Made by a program: the position numbers and the translations under genes. DNA of 59,383 nucleotides from a virus. Its lineage: Duplodnaviria; Caudoviricetes. The notes beneath the pieces are model-generated. The model saw nothing but the letters and a program-made list of their open reading frames with translations. It was not told the DNA's origin and searched no databases. Shown here piece after piece: positions 46,244 to 56,538 of the stretch; the stretch's first letter is position 1, and the number at the start of each line of letters is the position of its first letter. The stretch lies in the IMG/VR virus record IMGVR_UViG_3300010214_000044, positions 1 to 59,383 of that record. One strand, given 5' to 3'.

Positions 46244-46306
46244 GCGCGATCGGCTCAATTTTGGTAGCTGCATGCGCTTTATAGATAAGCGCTAGAGGTC
46301 AATTTC

Positions 46307-46645
46307 ATGCGTTTTCAAGATCCCTTTGAATTCTTGAGAGTCTTCGGCTCCGGAGCAACCGCCGCGCGGCTAGGTCAGGCCATCGGCGTATCTCCCAAGA
46401 TCGCCGCCCGCATGGCGAAACAGAACGGCTACACGCCCCTGCTCTGCGAAAAGCCCATCCCCGGCCTGGAGCACTTGCCAGGGCTTCCCTCCTTCGCCGT
46501 CACCAGCCGCACCCGTGCAGGCGGCACCGTCCACCAGATTGACTGCACGACATCTGGCGACAGCCCCGGCTATCGCTCCCTGCTCATTCACCGCAGTGCG
46601 CTGCATTGCGGTGACGACCCTCAAGAGGATGAAAACCATGTCTAA
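46307..46645 (+). CDS. Hypothetical protein
   Basis: GAGG RBS. Confidence 0.55.
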   Translation: MRFQDPFEFLRVFGSGATAARLGQAIGVSPKIAARMAKQNGYTPLLCEKPIPGLEHLPGLPSFAVTSRTRAGGTVHQIDCTTSGDSPGYRSLLIHRSALHCGDDPQEDENHV

Positions 46646-46856
46646 GCAACTTGGCGCGCTCGCGCTGGCCACCTGCTCCGTGCTCTTGCTGCTGTTCTGG
46701 GTCACCGGCCCAGCTCAGGCAGATAACGAGCCCACCGAATCCCCATCCACCGCCCGCACAGTCCACATGGCTGCCCGCGATGCCTTTGCCTGCCCGGGCA
46801 TGCACGCCGAGTGGCTGGATGAACACACCGTTCAATGTCTGAAAGTGACTCAATGA
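46638..46856 (+). CDS. Small exported/membrane protein
   Basis: Signal-like N-terminus; CPGMHAEW...VQCL. Confidence 0.6.
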   Translation: MSKQLGALALATCSVLLLLFWVTGPAQADNEPTESPSTARTVHMAARDAFACPGMHAEWLDEHTVQCLKVTQ

Positions 46857-47140
46857 GCAGAAATCCCAGTGAAGCAAGCCGCGACTTCAACGTGCGCGGC
46901 TGGCAAGTCCTCTCCCATGCAGAGCGCGCCGAGCGCGAAAGCCAGCAGCACCAGCCAGACCGCGAGCGCTACACGCCGCCATCGGATTGCTATGACGGCA
47001 AGGAGCTGCAGCGCACCCCTGGCATCCCGGATTCCCGCTTCCGCGCCTTTGAGCTTCCCAGCCGGGCCCATGGCCAGCTGAACTACCCCAGAGGCACGCG
47101 AATCCCTTTCCCTGAACCCGCAGACGACACAGCCCGCTGA
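46853..47140 (+). CDS. Hypothetical protein
   Basis: ATGA overlap; YDGKEL...AFELPSR. Confidence 0.6.
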   Translation: MSRNPSEASRDFNVRGWQVLSHAERAERESQQHQPDRERYTPPSDCYDGKELQRTPGIPDSRFRAFELPSRAHGQLNYPRGTRIPFPEPADDTAR

Positions 47141-47168
47141 CAAGCGGGATTCGCTTTTTGGAGCCCAG

Positions 47169-48104
47169 ATGTTCAAGAACATGACCATGTACCGCATTGC
47201 CGCAAGCTGGCAAAGCGATCTGCAGACGCTGGAAGATGCCCTGCAAAAGACAGTGTTTGAGGAGTGCGGGGCGACCCAGGAGCGCTCCGTAGGTTGGGAG
47301 CCACCGCGCGGCGAGCAGCACGGCCCGCTGGTCGAGTCCGTGGCAGGTCAATGGGTCATGCGCTTCATGACCGAGGCCAAGGTGCTGCCGGCCAGCGTGC
47401 TCAATCGCAAGGTTAACGAAAAGGCCGAGCACATCGAAAAGACTGAGGGCCGCAAGCCCGGCAAGAAGGAGAAGAAGGAGCTAAAGGACGAGGCCAAGCT
47501 GGATCTGCTGCCCATGGCCTTCACCAAGCAGGGCAGCATGTGGGTCTGGATCGATCCACAGGCCCGCACTCTGGTGCTGGATACCAGCGCTCAAGGCCGC
47601 GCCGACGAGGTGGTGACGCTGCTGGTAGAAGGCCTGCCCGGCTTCGCCCTGGCCCTGCTGGACACCCAGACCAGCCCGCAGGCCGCCATGGCGCATTGGC
47701 TGATGACACAGGAGCCGCCCGCCGGCTTCACCGCCGACCGCGAGACAGAGCTGAAAGCCTGCGACGAATCAAAGGCGGTCGTGCGCTACGCACGCCACCC
47801 GCTGGATATTGATGAGGTCCGCCAGCACATCGAGCAAGGCAAGCTGCCGACCAAGCTGGCGATGACCTGGGACGACCGTGTGAGCTTTGTGCTGACCGAA
47901 GGCCTGCAGATCAAGAGCATTGCGCTGCTGGATGCCGTCATGGACGGCAACAGCCAGGACGACAGCGGCTTTGATACCGATGTGGCGATTGCCACCGGTG
48001 AGCTGTCGCGCCTGATTCCCGACCTGATCGAAGCCCTTGGCGGAGAAGGCCGCACAGGCCTGGGCGACCTGCCCGCCACGCTGGCTGCCAGCGCAAGCTG
48101 GTAA
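47169..48104 (+). CDS. rdgC: Recombination-associated protein RdgC
   Basis: MFKN..YR, KVLPASV, LLPMAF, KLAMTWDDRVSFVL. Confidence 0.95.
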   Translation: MFKNMTMYRIAASWQSDLQTLEDALQKTVFEECGATQERSVGWEPPRGEQHGPLVESVAGQWVMRFMTEAKVLPASVLNRKVNEKAEHIEKTEGRKPGKKEKKELKDEAKLDLLPMAFTKQGSMWVWIDPQARTLVLDTSAQGRADEVVTLLVEGLPGFALALLDTQTSPQAAMAHWLMTQEPPAGFTADRETELKACDESKAVVRYARHPLDIDEVRQHIEQGKLPTKLAMTWDDRVSFVLTEGLQIKSIALLDAVMDGNSQDDSGFDTDVAIATGELSRLIPDLIEALGGEGRTGLGDLPATLAASASW

Positions 48105-48107
48105 CCA

Positions 48108-48350
48108 TCACCTCAGCGCAGATGTGAAAGCAACGGCTAACGCAGCCACTGCGGCACTTCCGAAAGCAAGTCGGCCAGCAATAGAAGTCCAGGGAGTGAC
48201 TCGGCGTGCCTTAAGCCATAAATAGCAATTTTTTTGCTTCTCACGGTCGAACTCAAACAAGCCCATATCAAGTCTCTTTTGGATGACTGACAGACCGTGC
48301 TTGACCTCCCACTCCTCAAGCAATCTGCGCGTTCGATCATCAAGTGCCAT
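48108..48350 (-). CDS. Antisense low-GC moron with a C-terminal transmembrane helix
   Basis: Converges on rdgC; AT-rich promoter-like upstream region. Confidence 0.55.
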   Translation of the reverse strand: MALDDRTRRLLEEWEVKHGLSVIQKRLDMGLFEFDREKQKNCYLWLKARRVTPWTSIAGRLAFGSAAVAALAVAFTSALR

Positions 48351-48475
48351 ACGTGGTCCGTACTCAGGTGAACAAAGCAAAGCGCTGAATGTAACGAATT
48401 GTTTATTGACTTGGGATTGATTTTTCTAATAACCATGTGCCCACCAATGGGTGGGCTTTTTCTTTGGAGGCCTCC

Positions 48476-48874
48476 ATGAGTCTGACTTTCGTGAATCACA
48501 ACGGCGACCCCATCACCGATTCCCGCATGGCCACCATGCGAGCTCAAGGAATGGAGCTCGAACGCCAGCGCCGCCTGACTGCCAAGGCGGATCCTGTGTC
48601 CGTACACAAGGGCTGGCGCGTCTCAGGTATCGCGCCTGGTCTGCTGGATGAGGCAAAGCAGGCACACGAGCGGCTTTGCCAAATGGCGCAAAAGGCAGGA
48701 GGCAAACCGCCGGAGCCGTTTGATGAAACCGCATGGCTGCGCACAGCCAAGCGCACTGCAGTGCGTAGCAAGCCCTACATCCTTCAGGAGGCAGCTCAAC
48801 AATGCAAGGAGCTGGCCGTCAAGGCGGGATGGCTGGAAGTCCAGTTGATAGAGATCAAAAAGGTAGTCGCCTGA
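48476..48874 (+). CDS. Hypothetical protein
   Basis: GGAGG RBS after a hairpin. Confidence 0.7.
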   Translation: MSLTFVNHNGDPITDSRMATMRAQGMELERQRRLTAKADPVSVHKGWRVSGIAPGLLDEAKQAHERLCQMAQKAGGKPPEPFDETAWLRTAKRTAVRSKPYILQEAAQQCKELAVKAGWLEVQLIEIKKVVA

Positions 48875-49143
48875 GTTATCAAAAATCTGATCTGCACACA
48901 GTGCCACCCGCGAAGACAAGGCTACACATTTGGAACGATTTTCATTCGTGCAACTGAGGCCGCTTTTGATGACTTTTGGCTGCTTTTGTGCTCGTAACAA
49001 GAGTTCGGCTGACAGCAATCTATCAGCCTGCGGTGGTGTAATAATTTGTGACAAAAGCGAAAATACGAGCATCGAGATTCCAGATCGCCGTTTAACGCTC
49101 AGGGTTGAAATGATTGCTCTTTGATCGGGGAGGCTCTGGTCAG

Positions 49144-50364
49144 ATGTCCGCGAATTACAACTTGTTGGTACTGACACCACCTCTGGCGCTACTGGTTCTT
49201 GCTGCCGTCCTGATGGTTGCTTGGTTTAACCAACGATCCCAGCGCTTTCTGTTTTGGCAAGCCTGCGCCTATTCGCTCACGGCACTGCCCCTCGCTGCTC
49301 AAACCTTGATTCCCCTTGAGGTGCTCACGCGCTATGCGCTATTGATTGGCAGCATCTATCTGCTGGGAGCCTGGTGTCTTGCGAAGTGCTGGGCGGACAG
49401 GTGGCGTGTATCAACGCATCCGCACATTGCACTGCAGATCTCCATCGTCACCTTAGCCGTTGTGTATCACTTCAGCTGGGTGAATCCGATTCCTTGGGTT
49501 CGCATCTGTTCCTTCAGTATAGGCTCGGGCTTGGTTCTAATGCTGCCTATCCTGCAGGTCCGCTCAAGGATGAGCTCTTTACACTGGCTCGATAAATTGC
49601 TGCTCTGGCTAAGCATCGCATTCACTACCTATACCTTCACTCGGCCCGGTTTGATCTGGCTGCTGGGCTACTCGGATCTTCGGTCATTGCCAAAGTCGCC
49701 CTACTGGCTCCTAACGCTGGTGAGCATCTTGAACTTCGCGCTGCTCTTCAGCTTGGTGATGACTGCTATTGCCGCGAAGGAAACGGTAGACAAGCTACGA
49801 CGTGAGCGAGACCTTGATGCGTTGACCCAGTTGCTGAATCGCCGCTCTTTTCAAGAATATGCCCAGCAGCGCCTCGCTGACATACGGCTCTATCCGATGG
49901 CCGTGCTGGCCTGCGATATAGATCACTTCAAGCGCATTAACGACTCCTGGGGCCACAAGCGCGGCGATGAGGTTCTGCAACTGGTTTCAACGACTCTTAA
50001 AGACAGCGTGCGGGAGAACGACCTTGTCGCACGGTTCGGCGGGGAAGAGTTTGTGCTTTTGCTGACGGAGATTTCACTGAAAGATGCCGAGGCCATTGCC
50101 CTTCGCATCCAGCGCGACCTCCGCTTGAACAATGAAGTTCTCCCATCAGGCTACACGTTGACCCTGAGCTTCGGGATTTCAGCGCTCGACAGCAACACGC
50201 CATTAGATCAAGCCCTGCGAGAGGCCGATCGGCTTCTTTACGAAGCCAAAAATGCTGGGCGAGATCGGGTGCACGTATCCGGGGGCAACTATCCGGATAT
50301 ATCCATCGAACTCGATCCCGTTGCAAACCCAAGCTACCACATGCCCTACAGCAAAAGCACATAG
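49144..50364 (+). CDS. Membrane-anchored diguanylate cyclase (GGDEF)
   Basis: Multi-TM N-terminus; DALTQLLNRR, DIDHFKRIND, RxxD I-site (REND), RFGGEEF, AKNAGRD. Confidence 0.95.
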   Translation: MSANYNLLVLTPPLALLVLAAVLMVAWFNQRSQRFLFWQACAYSLTALPLAAQTLIPLEVLTRYALLIGSIYLLGAWCLAKCWADRWRVSTHPHIALQISIVTLAVVYHFSWVNPIPWVRICSFSIGSGLVLMLPILQVRSRMSSLHWLDKLLLWLSIAFTTYTFTRPGLIWLLGYSDLRSLPKSPYWLLTLVSILNFALLFSLVMTAIAAKETVDKLRRERDLDALTQLLNRRSFQEYAQQRLADIRLYPMAVLACDIDHFKRINDSWGHKRGDEVLQLVSTTLKDSVRENDLVARFGGEEFVLLLTEISLKDAEAIALRIQRDLRLNNEVLPSGYTLTLSFGISALDSNTPLDQALREADRLLYEAKNAGRDRVHVSGGNYPDISIELDPVANPSYHMPYSKST

Positions 50365-50487
50365 CGCCCTCGCAACGAGCGTTTCACTCGTAATCACCAC
50401 AGCCCACCACCCGCTTTTTTCATTCCATAGAAAGCGTTCCAGGAATGAAGAAGCGTAATCTATAGGCCGAGTCACCGAGGAGCAGAC

Positions 50488-50745
50488 ATGGCGAGCAATG
50501 CTTCACAACCCGTACAGGCATATCGCTACGAACTGTTGCCAGAAAATCTTCACGCTGATTGGAAGATCATCGTTGACAGGGTTCGCGCAGCCTATGACAA
50601 GAAGCCGGAATCGGCGATACAGCTGGAGAACGCTCGTCAGCACGGGTTCGGCTTTGTACGCGCACTCGCGGCAGCTGGACTTGTCACCGTTGTGGCCAAG
50701 ACAGACCTGATGGAGCTATTGCTATACCCCAGATCGTCTTGCTGA
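50488..50745 (+). CDS. Hypothetical protein
   Basis: GAGGAG RBS. Confidence 0.65.
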   Translation: MASNASQPVQAYRYELLPENLHADWKIIVDRVRAAYDKKPESAIQLENARQHGFGFVRALAAAGLVTVVAKTDLMELLLYPRSSC

Positions 50746-50882
50746 CTACAAGGATCCCCAGTCTATAGACGGCTCGCTGCTTGCCATCGCTTCAGCCGAC
50801 GTTGGTCAGGACGACCAGTCACTACCTATCCACCCATCACCTGCCCGCCATTGAGCGGGCTTTTTGCTTTCTGGAGACACGA

Positions 50883-51575
50883 ATGCCCCGAGAAATTGCA
50901 TGCACCGAGGATCGCTTCCTCAAGGATGCGCAAGCGCACCAGATGGAAGTCATGCGCGACGACGGTGTGAACCGTCATTTGCGGTTCAAAGATCCCTCCA
51001 GCCGCGCCTACTGGTTCGACATCATCACTTGGCCTGGCACGCTGTGCATTGATGGCGACATGGGAACTTTCGTATTCCGACGCTTGCAGGACATGTTCAC
51101 GTTCTTTCGCACAGATCAAGAGCACTACAACAAAACAGGCCGCGCTGATCAACTGGCAATCAACCCTGGCTATTGGGACGAGAAGCTGCTCGCACCGGCA
51201 CCAAGGGATGTCATGGAGTTCAGTGCCGATAGCTTTCGGGAGCATGTCAAAGAGGCATTTGATAGCTGGGTTGAGTGCAGTGAACCCGATGCTGAATACA
51301 GCACCCAGGCGGAGCACGACCAATTCAGCGACGACAAGGCAGCGCTTTGGAGCGCTCTGAACGATGAAGTTCTATCGACTGCCGATGATGGCGAAGTACG
51401 AGCCTACGACGCTGCCCGCGACTTTCGATGTGATGACGTGCCTGGCTTTCAGATGGATGACTGCTGGGAGTGGAACTGCAAGGAATTCAAATTCCATTTC
51501 CTATGGAACTGCTATGCCATCGCGTGGGGAATCAAGGCCTACGACAACGTGAAGCAACAGGCATCAGTCACCTAA
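50883..51575 (+). CDS. Hypothetical phage protein
   Basis: GGAG RBS; FDIITWPG.L.IDGDMG. Confidence 0.75.
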   Translation: MPREIACTEDRFLKDAQAHQMEVMRDDGVNRHLRFKDPSSRAYWFDIITWPGTLCIDGDMGTFVFRRLQDMFTFFRTDQEHYNKTGRADQLAINPGYWDEKLLAPAPRDVMEFSADSFREHVKEAFDSWVECSEPDAEYSTQAEHDQFSDDKAALWSALNDEVLSTADDGEVRAYDAARDFRCDDVPGFQMDDCWEWNCKEFKFHFLWNCYAIAWGIKAYDNVKQQASVT

Positions 51576-51627
51576 CCAACACCCCAGCCCGCTGCCGCGG
51601 GCTTTTCTCATTCTGGGAGCCACCTAT

Positions 51628-52797
51628 ATGCAAGACAACATTTCCTGCGCGCTGATCACTGCTTTCGAGCGTCAGTACGACACGAGTTGGGATGACCCGA
51701 AGCTGCGCAATGAGCGCCTGGCCATGCGCTATGGCTGGACTGCAGCCATGGAAGCAAAGCAGTGCCTGCACCAGATTCAGGAGCCAGCCGCAGCAGAACA
51801 AGCCGCATGGCATGCAGGCCTGGACGAAGGCCGGGCACAGGAAGCGCCCGCAGCCGTGGCAGTGCCTACCCAGGCGCTAACTGGCGAAGCGCGTGCAGAA
51901 AAGATCAGGGGACTTGCTCCAATTCGCGCCAAGCTGTCCGCAGCAGCAGACGTGGCAGTGCCTGATGGGTGGCACGCGCCTGGATTGGGAGAAGTGCATA
52001 ACGAAGATCACACGCAGATGATCTATTGCGCAGACGGCGATGGCGTTGCCTCTGATGACCTCGCCAGAAAAGTCCGCGCCGCGCTTGCCGCCACCCCGGC
52101 ACCAGATGCGCAAGTGCCCCAAGGGTCCTACGTTTCAACTTCAGGGGAGCTGAAACCGGACGTTTCTGTCTATTCCACCCCAGCAGCCGCGCCAGTGGTG
52201 CTGCCTGAGCCTGATGCAGTCATCAGCGAACTGATGGGGCTAGTGGATGAATGGGGCATGGAATCCCATTTGCGCGGAGCGGCAGAGCTAGACGCTCAAC
52301 ACTCTGAAGCAACTCAAGAGGAAATTGATTGCGCAAAAGACAGGACCTCGAAAGAGCGCGCCGCATGGAAAGCCATCGAATCCAAGCTGCGCGCCCTGCT
52401 GGCTACTGCTACCGGACTTCCCGCGCAGGCGGTGGCATACATCGACAGCGAGGTGCTTACATCTTTCTTGTCGAGCAGCAACTACCGCCCAGCGGATGGC
52501 TGGGATTGCCATATCCGGCATCAAGAAAACAAGCGCGATACAGACGTACCCCTCTACTCGAGGCCCCAGGCGCAGGCAGACGCGCGGGATGCGGCACTAG
52601 CAGCGAGTGAGCAGGATGCGCTGCGATTGGTGCGCCAAGCCGTGCGCGATTTTCACTATGCACTGGACAACAGGAAGCATGGCGGCGTGGCGGCAGGTGC
52701 AGCAATGAATGCAATCGAAATGGCCCTGAATATGTACTGGCAACAGGGCCAGGAGGCTGACAGGCGCGCCTCCCTGGCAGCGCAAGGGGGCGAGTGA
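51628..52797 (+). CDS. Mosaic early-region hypothetical protein
   Basis: Modules joined by RAALAATP/LRALLA and PAAVAVP-type linkers. Confidence 0.7.
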   Translation: MQDNISCALITAFERQYDTSWDDPKLRNERLAMRYGWTAAMEAKQCLHQIQEPAAAEQAAWHAGLDEGRAQEAPAAVAVPTQALTGEARAEKIRGLAPIRAKLSAAADVAVPDGWHAPGLGEVHNEDHTQMIYCADGDGVASDDLARKVRAALAATPAPDAQVPQGSYVSTSGELKPDVSVYSTPAAAPVVLPEPDAVISELMGLVDEWGMESHLRGAAELDAQHSEATQEEIDCAKDRTSKERAAWKAIESKLRALLATATGLPAQAVAYIDSEVLTSFLSSSNYRPADGWDCHIRHQENKRDTDVPLYSRPQAQADARDAALAASEQDALRLVRQAVRDFHYALDNRKHGGVAAGAAMNAIEMALNMYWQQGQEADRRASLAAQGGE

Positions 52798-53270
52798 TGT
52801 TCTTCGACTTGCCCTCAGACAAAACGTGCATCCATCCGGAGCACGAACCGCCGACTGGCCTCTACATCCCGCCGGGAAAGGGATACCGCCATGTCTGCCC
52901 CGCCTGCAAGACGGTCAAAGACGTTATCCCGCCGGACTACTCCCTCGCCCTGCCCGATCCAGTCAGGCGGACCGTGGTGCAGCGCTGGAAGCTGGTGCCT
53001 GTTGAGCCGACAGAAGCCCAGCTCGCTACTGTCCGGAGTCGGAAACTCCATCCGAATGCGCCAGATCGCTGGGACTCAAACAACCGGCGCATCTACATGC
53101 ACATGCTCGCCGCGGCGCCACTGCCACCGGGGGACGACACGGAAGTCGTAGCAGCGAAGCCGAAGCACCAGGATTACTGGATATGCCTACTCTGCGGCAG
53201 CAGCCGACCAGGACATCACCGCACCCTTGATGACGGCACCACCCCATGCCCGAATAAGGGAAGGGCATGA
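52794..53270 (+). CDS. Hypothetical protein with Cys/His motifs
   Basis: CPAC, WKLVPVEPT, CLLC. Confidence 0.65.
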   Translation: MMFFDLPSDKTCIHPEHEPPTGLYIPPGKGYRHVCPACKTVKDVIPPDYSLALPDPVRRTVVQRWKLVPVEPTEAQLATVRSRKLHPNAPDRWDSNNRRIYMHMLAAAPLPPGDDTEVVAAKPKHQDYWICLLCGSSRPGHHRTLDDGTTPCPNKGRA

Positions 53271-53418
53271 GCGGCCTCAAGCGAGCGCCAATCACCGACT
53301 TTCCCGAACGGGAATGAAACAGCAAAACAGACCGCCTGAACGCACAAATTTCCCGCTCGGGAATATCGATAACCGGAGCCCCGCCACTGAGCGGGGTTCT
53401 GCATTTAAGGACCATCGA

Positions 53419-53814
53419 ATGAGCAATTTCCGCGATTACGTCACCAGCACAGCCTTTGCACTGACCATCAGCCACCGTCAGATCCAGTGCATGTGCAGCA
53501 TCCATCATTTCGGCAGTTACTGGGCTTTGCTCACCACGTTCCAGGCGCTCGAGCGCAAGGGTTTGGTGGAGCGCATCAAGCAAGACGAGCAGCACAAAGA
53601 AGGCGCGACCATCCGCCTGACAGACGCCGGCCGCGCCTGCATTCCCCTCCTGGTGCTGGCCGGCCTGTATGTTGAGCCGCCGGAGTGGGTGAGCAACCCT
53701 CCCCCCAAAGGGCCAGAACTCGAATGTGTGGCAATAACAGAGCCTGGCCAGAAAACGAAAATCGTTTTCCGCGAGAAGCAGCCGGAAGCCACTGAACCTC
53801 AAGAGGTGAGCTGA
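53419..53814 (+). CDS. wHTH-like hypothetical protein
   Basis: ALERKGLVE...IRLTDAGR. Confidence 0.65.
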   Translation: MSNFRDYVTSTAFALTISHRQIQCMCSIHHFGSYWALLTTFQALERKGLVERIKQDEQHKEGATIRLTDAGRACIPLLVLAGLYVEPPEWVSNPPPKGPELECVAITEPGQKTKIVFREKQPEATEPQEVS

Positions 53815-54275
53815 TGGCGCGACGTTATGGACGAAACCAGCGCCGCCGTGCACGGGAAGCCTTGGCATCCGAGCAAGCGGCCCACGCCTCAACCGCCACG
53901 TATCTGAAGTCCGAGAGGGAGTGCACTTGGGAGCTGCGCAGCCAGCTCGAAGAAGTGGCCGAGATCCTGGGCACAAACTTTATCGGGCTCCAAGCCAAGC
54001 TGCGAACAATCCCGATTCAGGACGACCAGGACTCGTTCTTATGCGGCCTCTCCGATGGAAACATGCAGACCATGCAGATCCTTCGTGTTGACAGCAGCGA
54101 AGACTGGCATCGCAATGCAACCCACCTGCATGCGAAGCTCTCCGGGGTCAAAGTTGTCTATGCGCTGTCCGAAACAGCGATCAGCCGTACCCCTGCCAAG
54201 TCATTGGCGCACAGGATAGCCAAGGAAATAGCCGGCGCGCTTCTGTACGAACTCCACCGCCGCGGCATTCGCTAA
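53814..54275 (+). CDS. Hypothetical protein
   Basis: TGATG coupling. Confidence 0.65.
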   Translation: MARRYGRNQRRRAREALASEQAAHASTATYLKSERECTWELRSQLEEVAEILGTNFIGLQAKLRTIPIQDDQDSFLCGLSDGNMQTMQILRVDSSEDWHRNATHLHAKLSGVKVVYALSETAISRTPAKSLAHRIAKEIAGALLYELHRRGIR

Positions 54276-54328
54276 TAGCAAGCAGTCACAGCCCCGTCCA
54301 CACGGGGCTTTTTCTTTTGGAGGGCCAG

Positions 54329-55351
54329 ATGGCCGAAAACACCAAGATCGAGTGGACAGACCACACGTTTAACCCCTGGGAAGGCTGCCAGAAGGTGGGC
54401 CCGGGCTGCGACCACTGCTATGCCGAAACGCGCAACGCGCGCTATGCCGGTGGTCAGGCGATCAACTGGGGGCCTGGTGCACCGCGCCGCCTGACCAGCG
54501 CCAGCAACTGGAACAAGCCTCTGGCCTGGAACGCGAACCACGAAGCATTTTTTGCAGAGCACGGCCGCCGTCAGCGCGTGTTCTGCGCGTCTCTGGCCGA
54601 TGTGTTCGACAACGCGGTAAACCCGAGCTGGCGCATTGACCTGTTCGGCCTGATTTTGAAAACGCCGCACCTTGACTGGCTGCTGCTGACCAAGCGCATA
54701 GGCAACGTGAATCCCATGCTTGACGAGATGGCCCACGGCAATGACCCAGACCTGAGCCTGCTGGACATGATGCCGCTGCCCAATGTCTGGATCGGGGCCA
54801 CGATCGTGAACCAAGAGGAAGCCGATCGCGACATCCCCAAGCTGCTGGCCGTGCCTGCCAAAGTGCGCTTTCTGAGCATGGAGCCGCTGCTGGGCCCGGT
54901 GGACCTGACAGGTGAATACCTGAAGGCAAAACTTGGTGAGTACCCATTCAAGGGGCTGCCTGCAGAGCACCGCACCCAGTTGCTTGAAATGCTGGACTGG
55001 GTGATCGTCGGCGGCGAATCAGGCCCGGGGGCGCGGCCCATGCATCCCGCGTGGGCGCGCTCGCTCCGCGATCAGTGCCAGGCTGCAGGAACAGCATTTC
55101 TCTTCAAACAATGGGGCGACTGGGTTCCACGCAGCTCTTGCTATCACCAGTTTGCAGATGGCAAGAGCTGTGCAGACCTAGACCCCGGTTGCAAACGCTG
55201 GCCGAGCGTGCGGCTGACCGAGGCCGGGCACAACGGGCGCGATCTGGCCCATGCCAGCGATGGCGACGACGCCTACATGCAGCAGGTCGGCAAATCCATG
55301 GCCGGCCGCCTGCTTGATGGCCGCACCTGGGACGAGTTCCCACAGACCTGA
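54329..55351 (+). CDS. Gp37/Gp68 (DUF5131) family protein
   Basis: TKIEWTD.TFNPW.GCQKVGPGCDHCYA, LLTKR, WVIVGGESG, FLFKQWG. Confidence 0.92.
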   Translation: MAENTKIEWTDHTFNPWEGCQKVGPGCDHCYAETRNARYAGGQAINWGPGAPRRLTSASNWNKPLAWNANHEAFFAEHGRRQRVFCASLADVFDNAVNPSWRIDLFGLILKTPHLDWLLLTKRIGNVNPMLDEMAHGNDPDLSLLDMMPLPNVWIGATIVNQEEADRDIPKLLAVPAKVRFLSMEPLLGPVDLTGEYLKAKLGEYPFKGLPAEHRTQLLEMLDWVIVGGESGPGARPMHPAWARSLRDQCQAAGTAFLFKQWGDWVPRSSCYHQFADGKSCADLDPGCKRWPSVRLTEAGHNGRDLAHASDGDDAYMQQVGKSMAGRLLDGRTWDEFPQT

Positions 55352-55395
55352 CAACCAGCCCCGCCACCGTGCGGGGTTCCTTTTTTGGAGCCCGT

Positions 55396-56049
55396 ATGAA
55401 AGAAACCGGCTTGATGTTCAAGGCGCCCCTGGTGCGGGGCATCCTTGACGACCTGAAGACCCAGACGCGCCGCGCATTCAGCGAGCACATGATGAAGCAG
55501 ATGCGCGCTGCGGCTGCCATTGGTGAGGTGTCGCACTTTCTGGACGAGGGAAGCCTGCAGCCCAACGACCTTGCATATGTGCTGCAGTTCTCCCCGGTGG
55601 GCCAGCCCGGCGACCGTATCTATGTGCGTGAGACATGGCAAGGGCCATTGATGAGCGCAAAGGAGTGGGAGGACCACTATTTCTCCAAGGCAGACGAACT
55701 CCCCTCGAAATTCAAAACACCCGCCTATTGCAAGTACGCAGCGGACGGAGGTGCACCACCTGAATTCATGACGATGGATGACGACATCGTCGCCCGCTGG
55801 AAGCCTTCAATCCACATGCCCAAGTGGGCGGCCCGCATCTGGCTGGAAATCACCGGTGTGCGCGTGGAGCGCCTGCAGTCCATCAGCCGAGGGGATGCCA
55901 TGGCAGAAGGATGCCCGTTCCCCAACATGGCCGATGGTGAAGACCCGCGCGATTGGTTTGCCGAGGTGTGGAAGTCCACCGGTGGTGATTGGGCAGCGAA
56001 TCCCTGGGTCTGGGTGATCGACTTCAAGCGCATCGAGAAGCCGCTATGA
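55396..56049 (+). CDS. ASCH-like phage protein
   Basis: KTQTRR, PGDRIYVRETW, WKPSIHMP, NPWVWVI. Confidence 0.8.
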   Translation: MKETGLMFKAPLVRGILDDLKTQTRRAFSEHMMKQMRAAAAIGEVSHFLDEGSLQPNDLAYVLQFSPVGQPGDRIYVRETWQGPLMSAKEWEDHYFSKADELPSKFKTPAYCKYAADGGAPPEFMTMDDDIVARWKPSIHMPKWAARIWLEITGVRVERLQSISRGDAMAEGCPFPNMADGEDPRDWFAEVWKSTGGDWAANPWVWVIDFKRIEKPL

Positions 56050-56279
56050 CCAGCATGAGATTTCCTAGCAATTGCATCGTCTCTGCACTGGTGGCCTGGC
56101 TGCTCAACCCAGTGGGTACCCAAATCCGTTTCATACGCACATCAACACGGCGATGGCATTGCATCTGGGTCCGCGACGGCCATCGCTATGAGTTCTATGC
56201 ACCCGGTCGCAGCAAGCTGCCCTATTGGCGCAACCTGGTCTATCTGGGCCGCATACGCCAGATCGGGGCTACGCCATGA
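56046..56279 (+). CDS. Hypothetical protein
   Basis: ATGA overlap. Confidence 0.5.
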   Translation: MTSMRFPSNCIVSALVAWLLNPVGTQIRFIRTSTRRWHCIWVRDGHRYEFYAPGRSKLPYWRNLVYLGRIRQIGATP

Positions 56280-56334
56280 AATGGAAAATCGCACTGATCA
56301 CGCTGATCGACGTCAAGCGCACCGAGAAACCGCG

Positions 56335-56538
56335 ATGACCAGCACCAGCACCGTGGGCCTTCCAGAAGACGAGGCCTACATCGCCCACCACTTCAAATGC
56401 CCGACCTGCATTGCCGCTGGCGCCACGCCGGGGAAGCAGGCGCGCTGTCCCGATGGGCTTCTGCTCTGGGAAGCCTATCTCAAAGCCTTTGAGGCTTACA
56501 CACGTCAAAACTCAAAAGGAACAAAGCCATGCAAATGA
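56335..56538 (+). CDS. Small Cys/His protein
   Basis: HHFKCPTC...RCPDG. Confidence 0.55.
   Translation: MTSTSTVGLPEDEAYIAHHFKCPTCIAAGATPGKQARCPDGLLLWEAYLKAFEAYTRQNSKGTKPCK

Noticed and set aside
54947-54956. TTCAAGGGG resembling a fourth copy of the late motif
   Set aside because: Inside a CDS and lacks the ATGAAACGAC partner 14 nt away
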